The position numbers and the translations under genes were made by a program. The notes beneath the pieces were generated by a model. The model worked only from the letters and a program-made list of their open reading frames with translations, searched no databases and was not told the DNA's origin. A stretch of DNA of 64,000 nucleotides from positions 62,001 through 126,000 of the forward strand of contig CBFFRP010000235.1 in the NCBI GenBank assembly GCA_965644295.1, in the 5' to 3' direction. Origin of the DNA: Paraphysomonas bandaiensis (taxonomy: Eukaryota; Protista; Chrysophyceae). Positions 13,201 through 27,580 of the stretch are shown in pieces; the stretch's first letter is position 1; the number at the start of each line of letters is the position of its first letter.

Positions 13201-16200
13201 TCGGACATGAGAGACATGTCACTGGCAGACCTACATCCAAGCATCAGCTATCATCCATCGATACACAATGCACAGCATCACGACGGTACATATCGCGCTA
13301 AGCACTACCCATCAAGGAGAGTACCTCAAAATGGGGGCGGTTCTGCTCGCAGGAGAATCAGGTCCGCTTGGAGTCTGCGCCCTACTTACAGTTGGGCTGT
13401 TATTCTCAGATCCAGCAGTATTCGGAGACCCTACAGCGGTGTTCGTTCCTTCTGTTGGTTGCCCACTGTCCATTGGGGTAGTTCTAGATCCTCCTTCCGG
13501 CTCAGCATCAGTTGGGGCAGCGGGTGCGATATTTACTGGACCCAGTTGACTGGTAGAGGAGATTACTGTGACATTATCTTTTGGTTTCGGTGATGCGTCC
13601 ATATCAGAATAATAGTAGTTATCATCAGGAAGCTCTGGAAGTGTACTGATCGTGTGCTTCTTCAGAGCAAGGTAATCTAGTCTACAGAACAATCCAATGG
13701 TTATTCATGACGAAAAAACACCACAAAATTTATTCAAACGTAATATGTTGAAGTTTACAGCATCCATGACATCGTATTTACTTACCGTGCTTGCCTTTCA
13801 AGCCCTCGTTGTAGCAATCCGTCATCCCGTTGCAGCAGAGGCGCACGGAGTTGTCTTGCACTGTCCGCAAGAGATCCGGTCAGTAGAGCGTACTCCCTAC
13901 ATGTTTTCCATTACGATAGTTCACCGAAAAGGAAAAGAAAAAATTCGATAAAATGATCATATTATTCTGTGAATGTATGAAGTACATAAATTAACTGATC
14001 AATACTTGAATGTGCCAAAATATGCTTCGACGCAAAACATGTAGTATTACCTCAACAGCGACCCTAAATCTAAATTCGTAATCCATGGATCCAATGCTCG
14101 CTTCTTTTCTTTGACTTCAACCACCTCTGCCGCCTTACCAACGTAGAAATCGCCTATATACCGCACCATATCATCGCATGACGTTACCATAGAGTATCCA
14201 CTATATTCGTTCACATCTACTAGAAAATACCACCATACTTACGATAAGATGCCATCATTTGCTCTTGGTTACTGATCTCAATTTCGTCGTCGCCCATATT
14301 TAGCAAGCGGCGTACACTGACCTATTACACCGCAATCAAATAGTATACATAGCTAGAATAATTCCTACAGAACACAGTCTGCACGGTGATTACGAACATC
14401 TTACGACCACTGGAAAAGTGTATGTAACTGTTGCTAATAAGAAATACCTCAACGCGCCACATGCGTGCAACCTTCTGTCGTTTGAGTATCAGCGCTACCT
14501 CCTCGCTTTCACTTTGCTTTCTAGGTATCTCAGAACATTCTTTCTGCAGATCGGATATCCTACGGCACAGACAATGCATTTCAAATACAACAACACAGAT
14601 CGTTGTAAAGCTCCAAATTCAGGTAATTATAAAGTTGATTTATATACAGGTGCCATACCGTTTTCTCATTAACAGCAACACAATGTTCCTCAGCAGTATA
14701 GGGGTCTGGTAGCTACTTCCTACAGTGCGCTCCAGGCCTGTAAAGTAGCAGTACATTAGAATTCACGACAGTAGGAAACAATATACCCACATTTGTCTTT
14801 AGTCAAAGACGTTACTTCTCGCCTTGTAAGCTTAATATCATCCCATCTGTTCGAAATATTGCTCCCATGTTAGAATGTACTACACAAATATATAGAGAGC
14901 TAATACACAAGACATTTTGAAATTAACAACAGAATTGGGGAAATCAATGCAAAAAACTGAAAAATAACTGACATCATCTTACAGACCTTGAAATATGCGA
15001 TCCTATCAATATAGCGGTCAACGGATTGTTGCATTTCAGTACAATCTCCTTAATATCTTTGAGTAATATTCTCTTCGCGATGAACGTCGGACATGCAGTT
15101 AACAAAAGCGCAATCAGAGGAACAAATCTGTCACCCATACATATAGACATGTCTTCTATATGCTTTGGTGTAACTACTTGACCGTCGAGAAGAGGTGGCA
15201 TTGCCTTGTTAACATCCATTGCAATCATGGCCTTGTATATTCCATCATCAGGGTTATCTATGGAGGTCTCCTGTAATAAAAGTCAGATAGTGTCATAATT
15301 ACAAGCTATCTTTGGTATATTCACTGATAACTACACGCGGCACCGTAAACCAACCTCTTCACTGTCTGTATTGTAACCAGAACCACCTGAAGCCGTTGAG
15401 ACCTGTCGACATAAAGCTTTGCTGCGAGTGCCTGGGCGCTGCCAAAGGGATCGGCAGCACAATAAAAACTGTTCCCGATTGGGCAAGTACTATAGAACAC
15501 CCAAGCATTATACAACCAACATAGGACAGAAAACGTTCATAACATGATACAAAATACACTGTCCGTTTCAAAACACGTCGACAAACAGTCACAGACCCCT
15601 AGTACTAATGTCAACACACCTCAAGCTTTCCTAAGCTGCCATTCGACATCACATCGAACAAGGTCTTCATAACGTTACCGCTATACCAACCAGTACTAGG
15701 GAGTGCCATCGAGTCTGTTTTCTTATATTCTTCCTGATCCAAGTGTTACTAGCACAATACATTCTCACGAGTGCACATCAAACATATGTCAATAGGCACA
15801 GAACTACTCTATAAGTAGCATATTTCGCGTTCAAACCTGTACGATATCTCCTCCTTGCAAAGCGTTCCTACGCTGTTTCGTTGCCGGTACCGATCCATCT
15901 GCAAGCACGCCAGAGTGCTTCGCTTCACGCTCTTGCTTCGCACGAATAACTGAATCTTTCCACGCACTGAATAAGACTCGTTGTCGCTCGTGGGCCCACT
16001 ACATGCAAGGGTCAATATGCAAAGAGGCAGTGAGCGACAGCATTTACGAAGCCAATAATTAGACAGTATCCAGTAGCTGAATAATAATAAATCTATCTGG
16101 TTTACAACGTACCGATGCTCTGAACTTCCATTTGGCAGTCTTCCAGTTTCGTCTCATTGACCAGTAGTGCTGTGGATGGAATGCAGTAAAAACCAAGGGT

Positions 16201-18491
16201 ATTAAACTATTTACATATACAATGTAGGCAACTCAAATATTAGCCAATATCACCCCAATACAACACACCGCTACTGGACATGGACACCTACCTTCCACCG
16301 CTGCCAGCAATCAAGCATCATTAAGTGTCCGTCTCTCCCTAACATTGTGTAGCAAAGGTATAGTACCTAAGTAGCATCAATACACCAGTTTTACATCCCC
16401 ATTAGAATATTATATTATCTCTTCTACCTTTGGTTTGAACATGTTTTCACGCAGAGCACGGAGTGAATAGGTTCGACTTGCCACTATTCCCTGCATATGA
16501 AAAGTGTAAGCAAATATATACACCATTCACTCAAATAATGCTATTCGTACATGCATTGCAGATGCCCATTGCCTAAAGTAATCCATTTTCGTCGATTGTT
16601 TTGTCCACGCCATAGTGATGCGTTTAGCCGCCTTCAGCCGGCGATTCCGCGGTGCCCAGTGAGCCCACGCTCTGTAGCATCGTTCTCTGCGACGTAGATT
16701 TCTTCCTCGTTCGCGAGACAAACCCCACCATTTCAACAATACCTACAAATGTTATTACCATTTCGTTAAATACAGCCAATCCTTGCGGTCCACTATATCC
16801 AGTATATGCATAATCATAATGTGAAGTATATACCTTCGAGCTCAGAGTTTCTATATAATGCGCTTCGGCTTTATACTGATTATCAGTATCATCTGGTGTG
16901 TTATCATTTTCGATAGCTTTAATCCATCTGCAAGAATTATGTAACATTCCAAATACGACATACAATGTAATATAAGTACACTTCATACAAAAATGTACAC
17001 ACGCAACTAACCCTTTGAAAGCACGCTTCCTAATCAATAGTTTAGCTCTATCAGCTGCCCTAATTTTACGAATACGCTTCATGGTGATCCCCTGTAATAT
17101 TTTCGGCCACTCAGGAATGTACGGATAAGAAAATACTGGGGTTGGATCGCCTCTTAACTCAGCTTGCTGTACAATGACAAAACACAATCAAATAAAATTC
17201 ACGAACTTGGATGAATGTGGATTGACAAACTATGGGGAGCACACATCACGTCCAGGATAGCACAAAATGCACATCAGAATCTGCGTACGTTAACGGCTGC
17301 AAAGCGGTGCCATATATGTAGAGTTAACATCAGAGTTTCCTTCGAAGAAAGATTGCCAAAAGTTCTCCTCATAGTTCTGAATACACAGAGTCGGTAAAAA
17401 AGTATTGCACAAATCAAACAGGGTATATATACTGTGAACAAAGTAATGCTGTTATATTAACATCAACATTGATTGATTTGATACAAAAAGGGTGACTAAC
17501 CAGACCTGGTAAGAATTTGCCCAGCTTTAAACCTGGATATACGGAGTAACTTGGTCTCAGTCACCCACGCAGCGAACAAGCATTTTAGCATAAGGCGCCT
17601 AATTGAATTCAATTCTTGTTCCGTAATTTTACCGTCATAACTCGCTGGCTGTCACACACCACCACATTACATACATAATTTGATTGTCACACAACAGATG
17701 CATCGTACATACATTGAAGTAAGCCATTACAGCCTGAGGCGTGAGCTTTGAGTTATTGACAGCTCTCTTAAATATCGACAGTGCAAGGTTCGATAGTCTC
17801 TTGGATTCGGATGCCTCATTAGCCCACTCCTTGAATGGCTTTCGATATATTTTTTTCTAAATAGACACACATAATTGATGCACGAATGGCACACAAGTCT
17901 TCTACAAATGCTCATCCACGCATACGATTATCAATATAGTGTATGTGCCGTCACTTGAGTACCCACCCGAAACAACGCATCTGCTCTTGCCGCCGTGTAC
18001 CAACCCCGAAAGTAGCGATAGACAAAGTCCACCTTTTGCATCTTCCACTCTTTGTATGCAAAGTGCTGTTTCAGCATGCGGAACCATGATTGTAGACGCA
18101 CCAACATCGCTGATTGACACAGAAAGAAAAAGATTATACCGAAAAAAGAGGCTTACTGGTCACACATATATCAAATAAATACATCATACAAACAATTACC
18201 ATTAGATATAACTTTGTGTTTCATCTTCTGCAATGCAATTTCTTGTCTAGACTCTTCATTCGCTAGTTGTGAGCGGTATTCATCTGCTGCCCACTGCTGC
18301 AGTGTATACAGATCCACACCATACCGTTGAGCCTATGAAAGTCATCATATGTCATACTAAGTAATAAAAATACAATAACAATATACCTGACGATAACGTG
18401 ATCGATCACGAGATGTTAATCCAGTACGTACAGAGGATGTCTGAGGGGTTAATTGTGGAGTAGCCGCACTAGATGGTGTACGTGATTTCAT
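4236..18491 (-). CDS. Very large multi-exon hypothetical protein (N-terminal Trp-periodic Sfi1-like repeats, coiled coils, long disordered C-terminus); may be more than one gene
   Basis: ATG at 18491 (MKSRTPSSAATPQ...). An uninterrupted chain of minus-strand exons with GT-AG ends covers ORFs 16527-17187, 12435-13692, 9572-11244, 7657-8490, 7008-7706 and 4367-5869. Last exon ends ...DDSLALHD* (TGA 4236-4238). No intergenic-looking gap was seen. Confidence 0.6.
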
Positions 18492-18960
18492 TATAAGAGG
18501 ATCCATATATATATAAGCCTAACAACAGACTGTAGTATCAACTAATAAATTAGTTGATTGTTTCTATACTAAACTAACTCAATTTCTTCTTATAAAACTG
18601 AAGATATTCTCATGAATAGATCTGAAAGTAGATCAAACTAAACATACAAACAAATCATTAAATATAACATAAAATATATATAACACACACCTCTTTACAA
18701 AGAAAATCACTTGATAGATATTCTCTATTAAATGATACCTTAATTCAAGTTCTTTAGACGATGGGGTGGTCTAGTTAATTCTCTATGCTATTATGAATAG
18801 TATTAACGACAATTTCTATATATAACAATCTTGTAATGATCTTTACGTACCTTTTCATATGAAAATATATACGTATTTTTTTATATGGTTTCTTACATAT
18901 GACAATCTTCGGTTTCACTTTTATTTTCATTGGTATACTGCTGTATTTTATACACATATC

Positions 18961-19155
18961 GTATATGCCCTATAAAAATACGCTGTTTTATATGAGGAAA
19001 ATATACTAGAAAACCCCCTTATATTTAGGAAATCAGGGATTTCTATATTCTCACTCGCCGTATATGCCCTATAAAAATACACTGTCTTATATGAGGAAAA
19101 TATACTGGAAAACCCCCTTATATTTGGGAAATCAGGGATTTCTATATTCTCACTC
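18961..19155. repeat. Tandem duplication, 2 x 99 bp
   Basis: GTATATGCCCTATAAAAATAC...TTCTCACTC starts at 18961 and again at 19060, with about 4 mismatches. Confidence 0.9.
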
Positions 19156-20401
19156 CAACCTATTGTGTTACTGTTACTATCATGCTCAATGATCGTCTAC
19201 AAAGAAAGAACTAAATATGCATAAAGAATTAGCAAAGTTAGATATTTAGAGGTGGGATCTAAAGGCTATAGCGACTATCTTTGCAATACTTTCACTTGGA
19301 CAAAGACAGGGTGGTCGAGATGTACGATTTATGCGAAACAGGTGTGAATGAGAATGCAAGAAAGGAAAAGTCATGTGGTGACATGTGGTATTCAGAGTGC
19401 CTGAAATGATGACTGGTGTGCTTTGGTGGGTATACAGGGTGAATAATTATGAATTACGTTTTAAAGGACAACTTGTGCAAGTCAGATAGTCATGCCGTTC
19501 ATAGAGGGTTCGGAGCATTTGTCTCGGTAATTATTACTTCATCCTCACTTTAGTCTTGCTCCAATGTAGATGCTCATATGGTCGGCTTTGACGAATAAAA
19601 TAGAAGTTTGCTCCCCCTTTGAATCTGAGAGTCAGTAACTGGACGACGGGTAAGGAGGTGATTGACAACAGTGAATAGTATGTTAAAAGGCTTGAACTTG
19701 GCATCTATCAAAATTTACATGTAAGTAGGTAACATTGTTGCCACAATTATGCAAACTTTAAAGTGAATGTATTGAATAGAGTAACTGTGATCCCAGGAAC
19801 ATTTTGTTTACTGGTGTCCTCAGTTCATTCCCGCTTATCTTTCCACTTCTTAAAACATTGGAAACTTAGACATGGTTGACTACAACTATCTGACGCTTGT
19901 GAGTCAAGAAAATTTTGCTTTTAATCCGTGAGAAGGCTATTCATATGAAGTTGGTATCACGTATCATACATGGAATGAAATATATTGGAGAGTTTGATTT
20001 CATTGCTTTTAAAAGTTGATAACGTTGATCTTATTTACGATTATTTATCAATTAGTCACGTAGCATTCCTATTATATACATTTCGTATGAATGTGCTTAG
20101 AGGAAAATCTTTCCCACGGTAGATATAAAAATTATTAAGTAAGAAAGAAGCATATAAAGTAGAAAGTTCTAAATATATTGTTAGAAGTATGTTATACAGT
20201 AGATCTAATTCCTGTTTACATGAAGTTCTATGGAGGTACGTGAAGTGCTAAAAGTTTCCATTAGCAGAAAGCAGTGGCCAATAAAATGTATCAAAAATCA
20301 TCAAATACATAGTTGTTCTGCGCAAGTCATTTGTTCGCACAACTACAGCAAAACAATTATTTATTATGTGTACGTTGAACAGCAGACAAGTAAACTAAAG
20401 C

Positions 20402-20936
20402 CTACCGCACATAGATCTTACTACGCCCCTTCTTTGGAAATGTATCAAATGGATTCGACGGAGTGTGGTCATTATCTTCTTCATCTTCCTCAGTCTCCTG
20501 CGTGTCAGCAGTTGTTTCATTGTTGTCCTCAGTTTTTTCAGGCTTCTTATTCAGTTCGGCAATCTTCTTAAAATAATTTGGATCACTTTGTCGTTGTCTG
20601 CTTCGTTCTAACGCTTCTCGTTTCTTTTCTTCTCTTATACGTTTAGATTTTTCCATTTCAGTTTCTCTCTCTTGGGAAATAACTTTAACTTTCTCATTAG
20701 CTTTATCCTCTTCATCTTTCACAAGCTCCACCATCAGTCGTTTAAGCATTGTACGATAGTTAACCGTATCATTCTCACCAAAATCAAAAGCATTTCTACG
20801 ATTTAATTCTTGTCTATAATATAATAATAAGTTGTTTATTATATTTCTATCTATATGTATACCTTAATTCATAGGCTGTACATGCACTGGCATTGTGCAC
20901 TGTAATAACTTTAACTTCAGATGATGATTCACTCAT
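20402..20936 (-). CDS. Small charged coiled-coil hypothetical protein (2 exons)
   Basis: MSESSSEVKVITVHNASACTAYELR|QELNRRNAFDFG...MLKRLMVELVKDEE...GRSKIYVR*, with a short GT-AG intron near 20815-20862. Confidence 0.75.
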
Positions 20937-21539
20937 TTTCAATATACAGTTACAGATTACTTATTACTATAAATGATGAGAATCAATAGATACAAAGTAT
21001 GATATGATTGATTCCTTTAAAATTATAGTGTGTGTGTCTATGTATATATACATCCAACTAACTGCTATCAGTTTCATACATTAACCAGCAGTGTATACAT
21101 ATAGAGTTCCCCATCATCATCAGCAGTCTGTATAATGGAATGTTCTTTATCACTCCTCAGTAGCAGTGCTCTATTTTGCTGGTTTTCTGTATACAGCACT
21201 AAAAATCCCGTTTATTTCACCTCTACCAGTCATGAAAAACTGGAATAATCTCAATTTTTCTAATATTAGGGAATCACATTGCACAGGTAAGGTTTTGGGT
21301 ACAAAAATCCCTTATTTTAATAGTACATGTAGTTTAGTCCTCATCATCAGCAGATGAGAATTCAGATTTTAAACCCACTCCTCTCATATCACTGTCATTT
21401 CAAACTACTCATCCTGTTACACCTCCAATCTCTTCCATTTACCCCCAATCTACCCTCATCTATATTACCAATTCATTCATCAGGTTGTTTTACCTTCATC
21501 AAGTCTTTGTTATCTCTCTTAACCTTCTCATAGACAAGT

Positions 21540-22490
21540 ATGAAAAGATCCACAGAAGATGATGAGGAACAAATTAAACTCACTGAAGACACTGCTCCTG
21601 AAGAGATATTACGTACAGATGATAATAAAAAAAAGAGAAGAAAAATGAAAAAGATTACAGAAGAAGATATAGCAGGTCCAGATGGGATTAGACGTATATA
21701 TGAGGAGTTCCCTTCACTGTGTCGCTTTAGAGGGAGAGGCTATGAGGTAAAAGGAAACAATTAAATGTTTTCTTTTGCATTATAATATACATATATGTTC
21801 TATTTTATTATCTTCTTGTATTTTTGTATATTCGCATCAATATATTTTATTGTCAATTAGCTAATTTGCATGTTGTAGGCTCATGATCTTCGTCGAATGA
21901 TTGCTATGTATAAGGAATGGAGTTTTCAGTTATACCCGACATTTGCGTTTGAAGATGTAATATCCAAAGTTTCAACATTTGGTGGCAAGGGTGTCGTACG
22001 ATCAGAAATTGAGGCCCTTAGGTCACAAGAATGTTCCCGATATATGGTACGCTGTACATACGATGTTTGTGATACTGCATACTTTGAATCGATAATTCGT
22101 TAATGACTTTTTATATAGAGAGATGTGTTGGGCTTTGTACCAAACCAGACATCTCCTGCTTCACCCTTTAATACTACAACGGAAGAGTTTTCCGCCAACG
22201 ATAGCACTCCAGCTTCACACGCAAACACTGCCGCTGCGACAAATGAATCTGAGCCGCGAGCATCAGAGGATAGGGAAGATGTAGCTCAAACATTAGCAGC
22301 TGATCTAGGAGAAAGCTCGCATCGTGCTTCCCCAAGCAGTGAATCCTTGAGGGCGACTACACGCAGTGCAGCAATGGAATTTTCTGAAAACGATCAACAA
22401 CTAGGAGATATACAAAAGTCAAATGAAGATGATGTAGCTAATCAAGATGGGGATTTTGTTGCTCTGTCTGATGGTGAATGGGACGAATAG
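21540..22490 (+). CDS. TIPIN: TIPIN/Csm3/Swi3 replication fork protection complex subunit (3 exons)
   Basis: Swi3 domain pattern GPDGIRRIYEEFPSLCRFRGRGYE|AHDLRRMIAMYKEWSFQLYPTFAFEDVISKV, followed by an acidic tail. Confidence 0.85.
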
Positions 22491-22989
22491 TGTGAGCATA
22501 TGTTTTTTTAAATGATATGGGTAGCGATTTAATTTCCCAGATCTATGTGCTTGTCTGTAGTGTAGTGTAGTGTAGTGTAATAATTTATCTTTATCTAGCA
22601 CAGAGGGCTCTTTTATTGGATATTGCGTTGTATCAATTTTGTATTTTAGCTTATTCCTGTGATGATTACTAATTACGATAGCACGTTATAATGTTCCCTT
22701 CGAACGCACCAGAGCCAGTAGGGTTAAATATTGACTACTTGATTACTACGTTACTTCGAAACTCCATCACGCTACTCGAGTAAACAATTATATCAGTTAG
22801 ATATGACTTATTAGTGCATTATCCTCCTAATACTCAGGGCTTGTCTTTAGTCAATTAAAGATTACACAGATATACTTCATGTACTCTACCCCTATCCAAT
22901 TATGTAGTAACCAGCTATCCGGTTATTTTATACTATATAAGCTCTCTATTGTATATGCTTAAGTTTGTACATACATACATACGTACATA

Positions 22990-23308
22990 CTATATATGCA
23001 ACATAGGTTGATTATTATTATTCCCATATTCCACAATATCGGTAGACAACACCACTTAGATAGTGCAACAGATCGTTGTCAAATTGTCGGGTGAGTTTCC
23101 TGGGACTGGCGTTGCTGTGAGTGTGTCGTGACCGGTGTTGCCGGTGCCGTGTCTGCGTTGTGGTGTCTGAGTCCCCTATTTCGAAGCATGCGGAGCCCTC
23201 CATCATATAGGGCTATATATGCAACATAGGTTGATTATTATTATTCCCATATTCCACAATATCGGTAGACAACACCACTTAGATAGTGCAACAGATCGTT
23301 GTCAAATT
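22990..23308. repeat. 96-bp direct repeat (22990-23085, 23213-23308) flanking a 127-bp GC-rich spacer
   Basis: CTATATATGCAACATAGG...CGTTGTCAAATT is present twice and identical by eye. Confidence 0.9.
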
Positions 23309-24271
23309 TGCAATCGATTAACCGACCCAAAGCGTCTCACCGCAGGGGGAATATGTTATTTTTGCTCAGCCAATCAGTGTATCAATTCGACGGAAATCCA
23401 AGGATGTCTGTGCTATCGTTGCCGAGTCAGAAGAGGGATATTTGGCCCACCAAGACCCACATCAGGCTCTCTAGAGAAATGTATCACACTAGGCCATAGG
23501 AGATTGCGACCGCAAATGACGTAATGCTGTAGGTGCTCAGATATATGTGCGGTGAATCGCTGACTAGGCCACTTGGTAGTGTGAACTCTCCTTCGCTCTG
23601 CATACTGTTGCAAGATATCGATAGAGATTTGCAAGTCCATTGGATCTCTAACCGTAGGAACCTGCTGTTCATAAAAATGATCTTTTAAACGATCGATTAC
23701 TTCATTTGCAGTACACGCCATAGACCTTTTACTCCCAATGCTGTACAATCTATGATTCACTCCTCCTGTAGAGAGTTGTACGAGACAAATGTCTTGTTGG
23801 CTGGTATGCTCTTAGCTATATCCATAAGCATGATATGTCCATTGAACTCACATGTATCTTAAGTCTTTAGGCCATGATGGATTTTTTCAGTTAAGATTCC
23901 ACACCAAATGTACAAAACTGTATATATTTCAACACAAAATCCTAAATATTTACAAAAATCAAATATTTTTAGGTTTTTTGGTTTAGATAATTTCCACTTT
24001 AAATATAAATAGAGGGGAGTAATGTTCATTACGTTCCGTTTATCCCAATAATTCACCCCTATAGAAAACATGTGGTCATAACCAATAATCGTTCCGTTTA
24101 TCCCAACAATATCTCTTTCTATACATACTCTGCACATGTCTGGTACCCACATGCATGTATATATACACATCCATGCATCTATAGCTACACATGCATTCCC
24201 TCCCTATCTATACAAAACATCTGGAAAATATTTTCACTGACGTATTTATTATATCAATATATGAATTCATC

Positions 24272-27251
24272 ATGTCTCATCATCTCATATTACATACTCT
24301 ATTAACAATATTACGTGATTCTTATATATCCATCTCAACGGCATCATCTAGTAAGATATGGGGAAGTTCAAGTATAAGGTACACTACATACATACACACT
24401 CATATACATATATAACCACATACATACATACATATAGATCACTAAACATCATGGATATCATAGTGCTAATCAAGTTTTTATACCTGGAAATTTCGCTATT
24501 GCAATGGTAAGATTCTTCTTATACATACATACATACATACATACATACATACATACATACATCACTAACTTCTCTCTCTATTTAAACTATAGTCATATTT
24601 TTCTGTGGGATTTACAACATCATTTATGTCAACTCCATTAAATATATATCTTGTATCAACTCTCAATGCGGAACCACCAATGCAAACTACTATAGGAATA
24701 CTTCAAACACTTCCCTGGTCATTGAAATTAATATTTGGATTCATTAGTGATGTTTGTCCAATATATGGGATGCATAGAAAACCATACTTATCAATAGGGG
24801 CATTGATGTACTCATTTGCTTTGATGGGATACGCACTTTTGGGTATAAATAATGTTGTCGTATTGGCTCTCACATTGTTCTTGGCGACTATGGGGATGAT
24901 TATGATGGACGTCATGGCTGATACCATGGTATGTTATATATGTCTTTGTGTATTTCATCCTAATTAAAGTGTGTAGTGCGTTGAGAGATCTAGATTTGAA
25001 CCAGAAGACATACAAGGACAGATGCAGTCCAGCTACTACTCTATCAGATTTGCGGGTATTTCCCATGATATTTAGTGACATCAAAGCAGTTAATTTTACA
25101 TGATGTGAATACAGGTGCATTGATTGGCTCTGTTTTGGGAGCACTTGTCAGCAATAAAGATATATGGGGATGGGGACTTACTTTTAACCAGGTGGCACTC
25201 ATAACGGGATGTGTACCATTTGTCCTCGTTTGTCCGTTTCTATTCAGGTGAATATTGCTGCAATGATAGTTGACGTTTAACATTCATGAAATATACGCAC
25301 ACTATTTCTGTCTGGCACATTGAGTGCACAAATATGCGCACTATAATTTACTCTTGTAACCTATTCTTATTTATAGCCTTCGCGAGAAGTACCGCAAAGT
25401 GCCTCTTTCTCTCTCTGAGGGAGCATCTAGTGATATGATTGAGCTACCTCTGGATGAACGAGTACCCGTATATAACAGTACTGCCACAGCCATGTCAGTG
25501 ATGGAGTTAACAAAGATCGCATCTGCCCCGGATTTGGTATATCCGTATTCATATCAACGTGAGATATATATCGTTGGTTGTACTTTATTGATTATTTGAT
25601 TACGTATAGAGATATCTGGTACAGATGATGCTGAGGCTGCCATTCTAGTGCAGAGGTGCAAGAGCGATCTCACTATTCCAGTTTCCAATTTCTTTGAAGA
25701 TATTGATGAAGAAGATACCTCTGAGCTCTCTCCCTTGTCTAAGCAGTGTCAGGAGATATGGCAGACTGTTCAGCTCAAGTCTGTATGGAGACCCATGGTA
25801 TTATAGCACAATATACGTCACCATACCGTCAGATTATATCTGCAGAGTCTACACATGTGTACTATATATTGGCCACTACAATTGTTCCTTTTTTAATTGT
25901 TATATAAAGAATATAGGTGCTTGTGGTTCTAATAGTGTATATCAGTTGATTCTAAAGTTCGTATCAACATCTAACAATGATACACAGGCTTTCGTGTTTT
26001 GCTTTAATATGCTGCAAATCCCAAATGTAGCCTGGCAATCGTACCTCCAATTGACTCTACACTTCGAACCTTGGGTTCTGGTAGGTACTTCAGAAAGATG
26101 TTTTTTATTGTTCTAGTATATACTGTATGGTGTACATATGTGGTATATACAATTTAAAAATCACTGAATTAACACTTTCGTATTGAACATGAGTTGTAGT
26201 GCCACTTTATGTATTTCACATTTAATATTCAGGGAGCAATGGTTGTGGCTGGAAGTTTCATGACTTTTGCTGGAGTAGTGGCATATAAATATTTCTTCTT
26301 CAAGGTAACTTATTATGGAACCTTATGTTTAAACGACTGCATGTATCTTCATGTCCTAACGTGCTATTTTTAGACTTCGTGGAGGAAGATATACCTTTGG
26401 TCTGCTCTTTTGACTACATTTTTCTCGTTGCTACAATTGGTCCTTATTTTTCAGGTAGGAAAACTGGGAGGTGCATCTAGCTTGTATATTTGTATATAAA
26501 TTGTGCCGTACGTTTAGTAATATTCCTAACCAAATTATATAACAGCTGAACACTAAGTATTTCCATATAAGCAACTACTTCTTCTCTCTCGGAGATGATG
26601 TTATTACATCTTATATCAATGGTATACAGTTTTTACCGGTGCGTATGAGTCCGTCTTACAGTACGACTCGTTTCGCTTAACCAGTGCTTATGTTGTTTAG
26701 CTATGCATTATGTACATGAAGTTGTGCCCTGATGGAGCGGAAGGAGCTAGCTATTCCATGCTAACAACCTTCGGTAACATCGCCCTTGTTTGTGCCTCTA
26801 ACTTAGGTAACATCGTTGCGAGTTTTTGGTACGTTATTCACATTTTAAATTCTGATGTTTTCAAAATCATGCTCTATGGTATTTGTTGTTGCATGATTTT
26901 GTATATTTTTGTTTTGACACTGTGTCCTAGGTGCTCTGTTTAGCATACTGCTTCAAAAACCTTTAAATATATCTGATGGTACTATATTACAGGGATGTGT
27001 CCAACGAAGCTATGAGAGAAGGGGATACAGAAGGGTTATGGAGGCTCCATGTTTTCACTTCTGTTATATCCCTTCTTCCTCTTTGCTTATTATTCCTTTT
27101 ACCTCGTAATGAGGAGGAGCAGGAAGAGCTGCGTAAGAATGCCACCCGGTCCCGCAAGGGGGGTGCTGTGTTTTTAGCTGTATTGATTGGAAGTCTTGCT
27201 TGGAGTGTTGGGGCTGCTGGACTCAAACTCTATGAAAACTGGAGCTTTTAA
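24272..27251 (+). CDS. BT1 folate-biopterin transporter (MFS), multi-exon
   Basis: LPWSLKLIFGFISDVCPIYGMHRKPYL, DVMADTM|CVERSR, FLP|LCIMYMKLCPDGAEGASYSMLTTFGN; many hydrophobic helices. Start codon is inferred. Confidence 0.88.
24521..24562. repeat. (ATAC)n microsatellite in a 5' intron of BT1
   Basis: About 10 perfect units. Confidence 0.95.
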
Positions 27252-27484
27252 TACATATTCACTGCAATAACACCTTTGTGCTAGACATTTTTTTAAATGA
27301 CTCGCAAAATATACAGTAAAGTAAAAATTACACTGTAGACTAATGACGATATTGGCGCTCTTCTTAGTTGCGCACTATTATTCGTGTAATTTTTCGTGAT
27401 AGCAAAATTGAGCTAAACTGGTATGCTTGCAATATATTCATGGGCCACGACATTCTGCATCTTCCACCGACACAGTGCTGTGAT

Positions 27485-27580
27485 CAGGGATAGCAAACAA
27501 TGAACAATATATTGCAATACTATTATTCCGTCAATAGTATTGGAATGTTTAAACCGGCTCAACAATAGTATTGCAATATA
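27485..27580. mobile_element. Isolated hAT terminus (same family as 40722-41466)
   Basis: Begins CAGGGATAG, has ATTGCAAT subterminal motifs, and TCAATAGTAT..TTTAAACCGGC matches the reverse complement of 41385-41425. Confidence 0.7.

Noticed and set aside
19160-20100. Possible decayed coding sequence or transposase
   Set aside because: The plus-strand frames I translated are interrupted by stops, the ORF track has nothing here, and I recognised no motif.
23086-23212. Possible hammerhead ribozyme or Helitron 3' end in the GC-rich spacer
   Set aside because: The minus strand has ATGATGG...CGAAA rather than the CUGANGA core, the stem topology is wrong, and no CTRR follows the hairpin.
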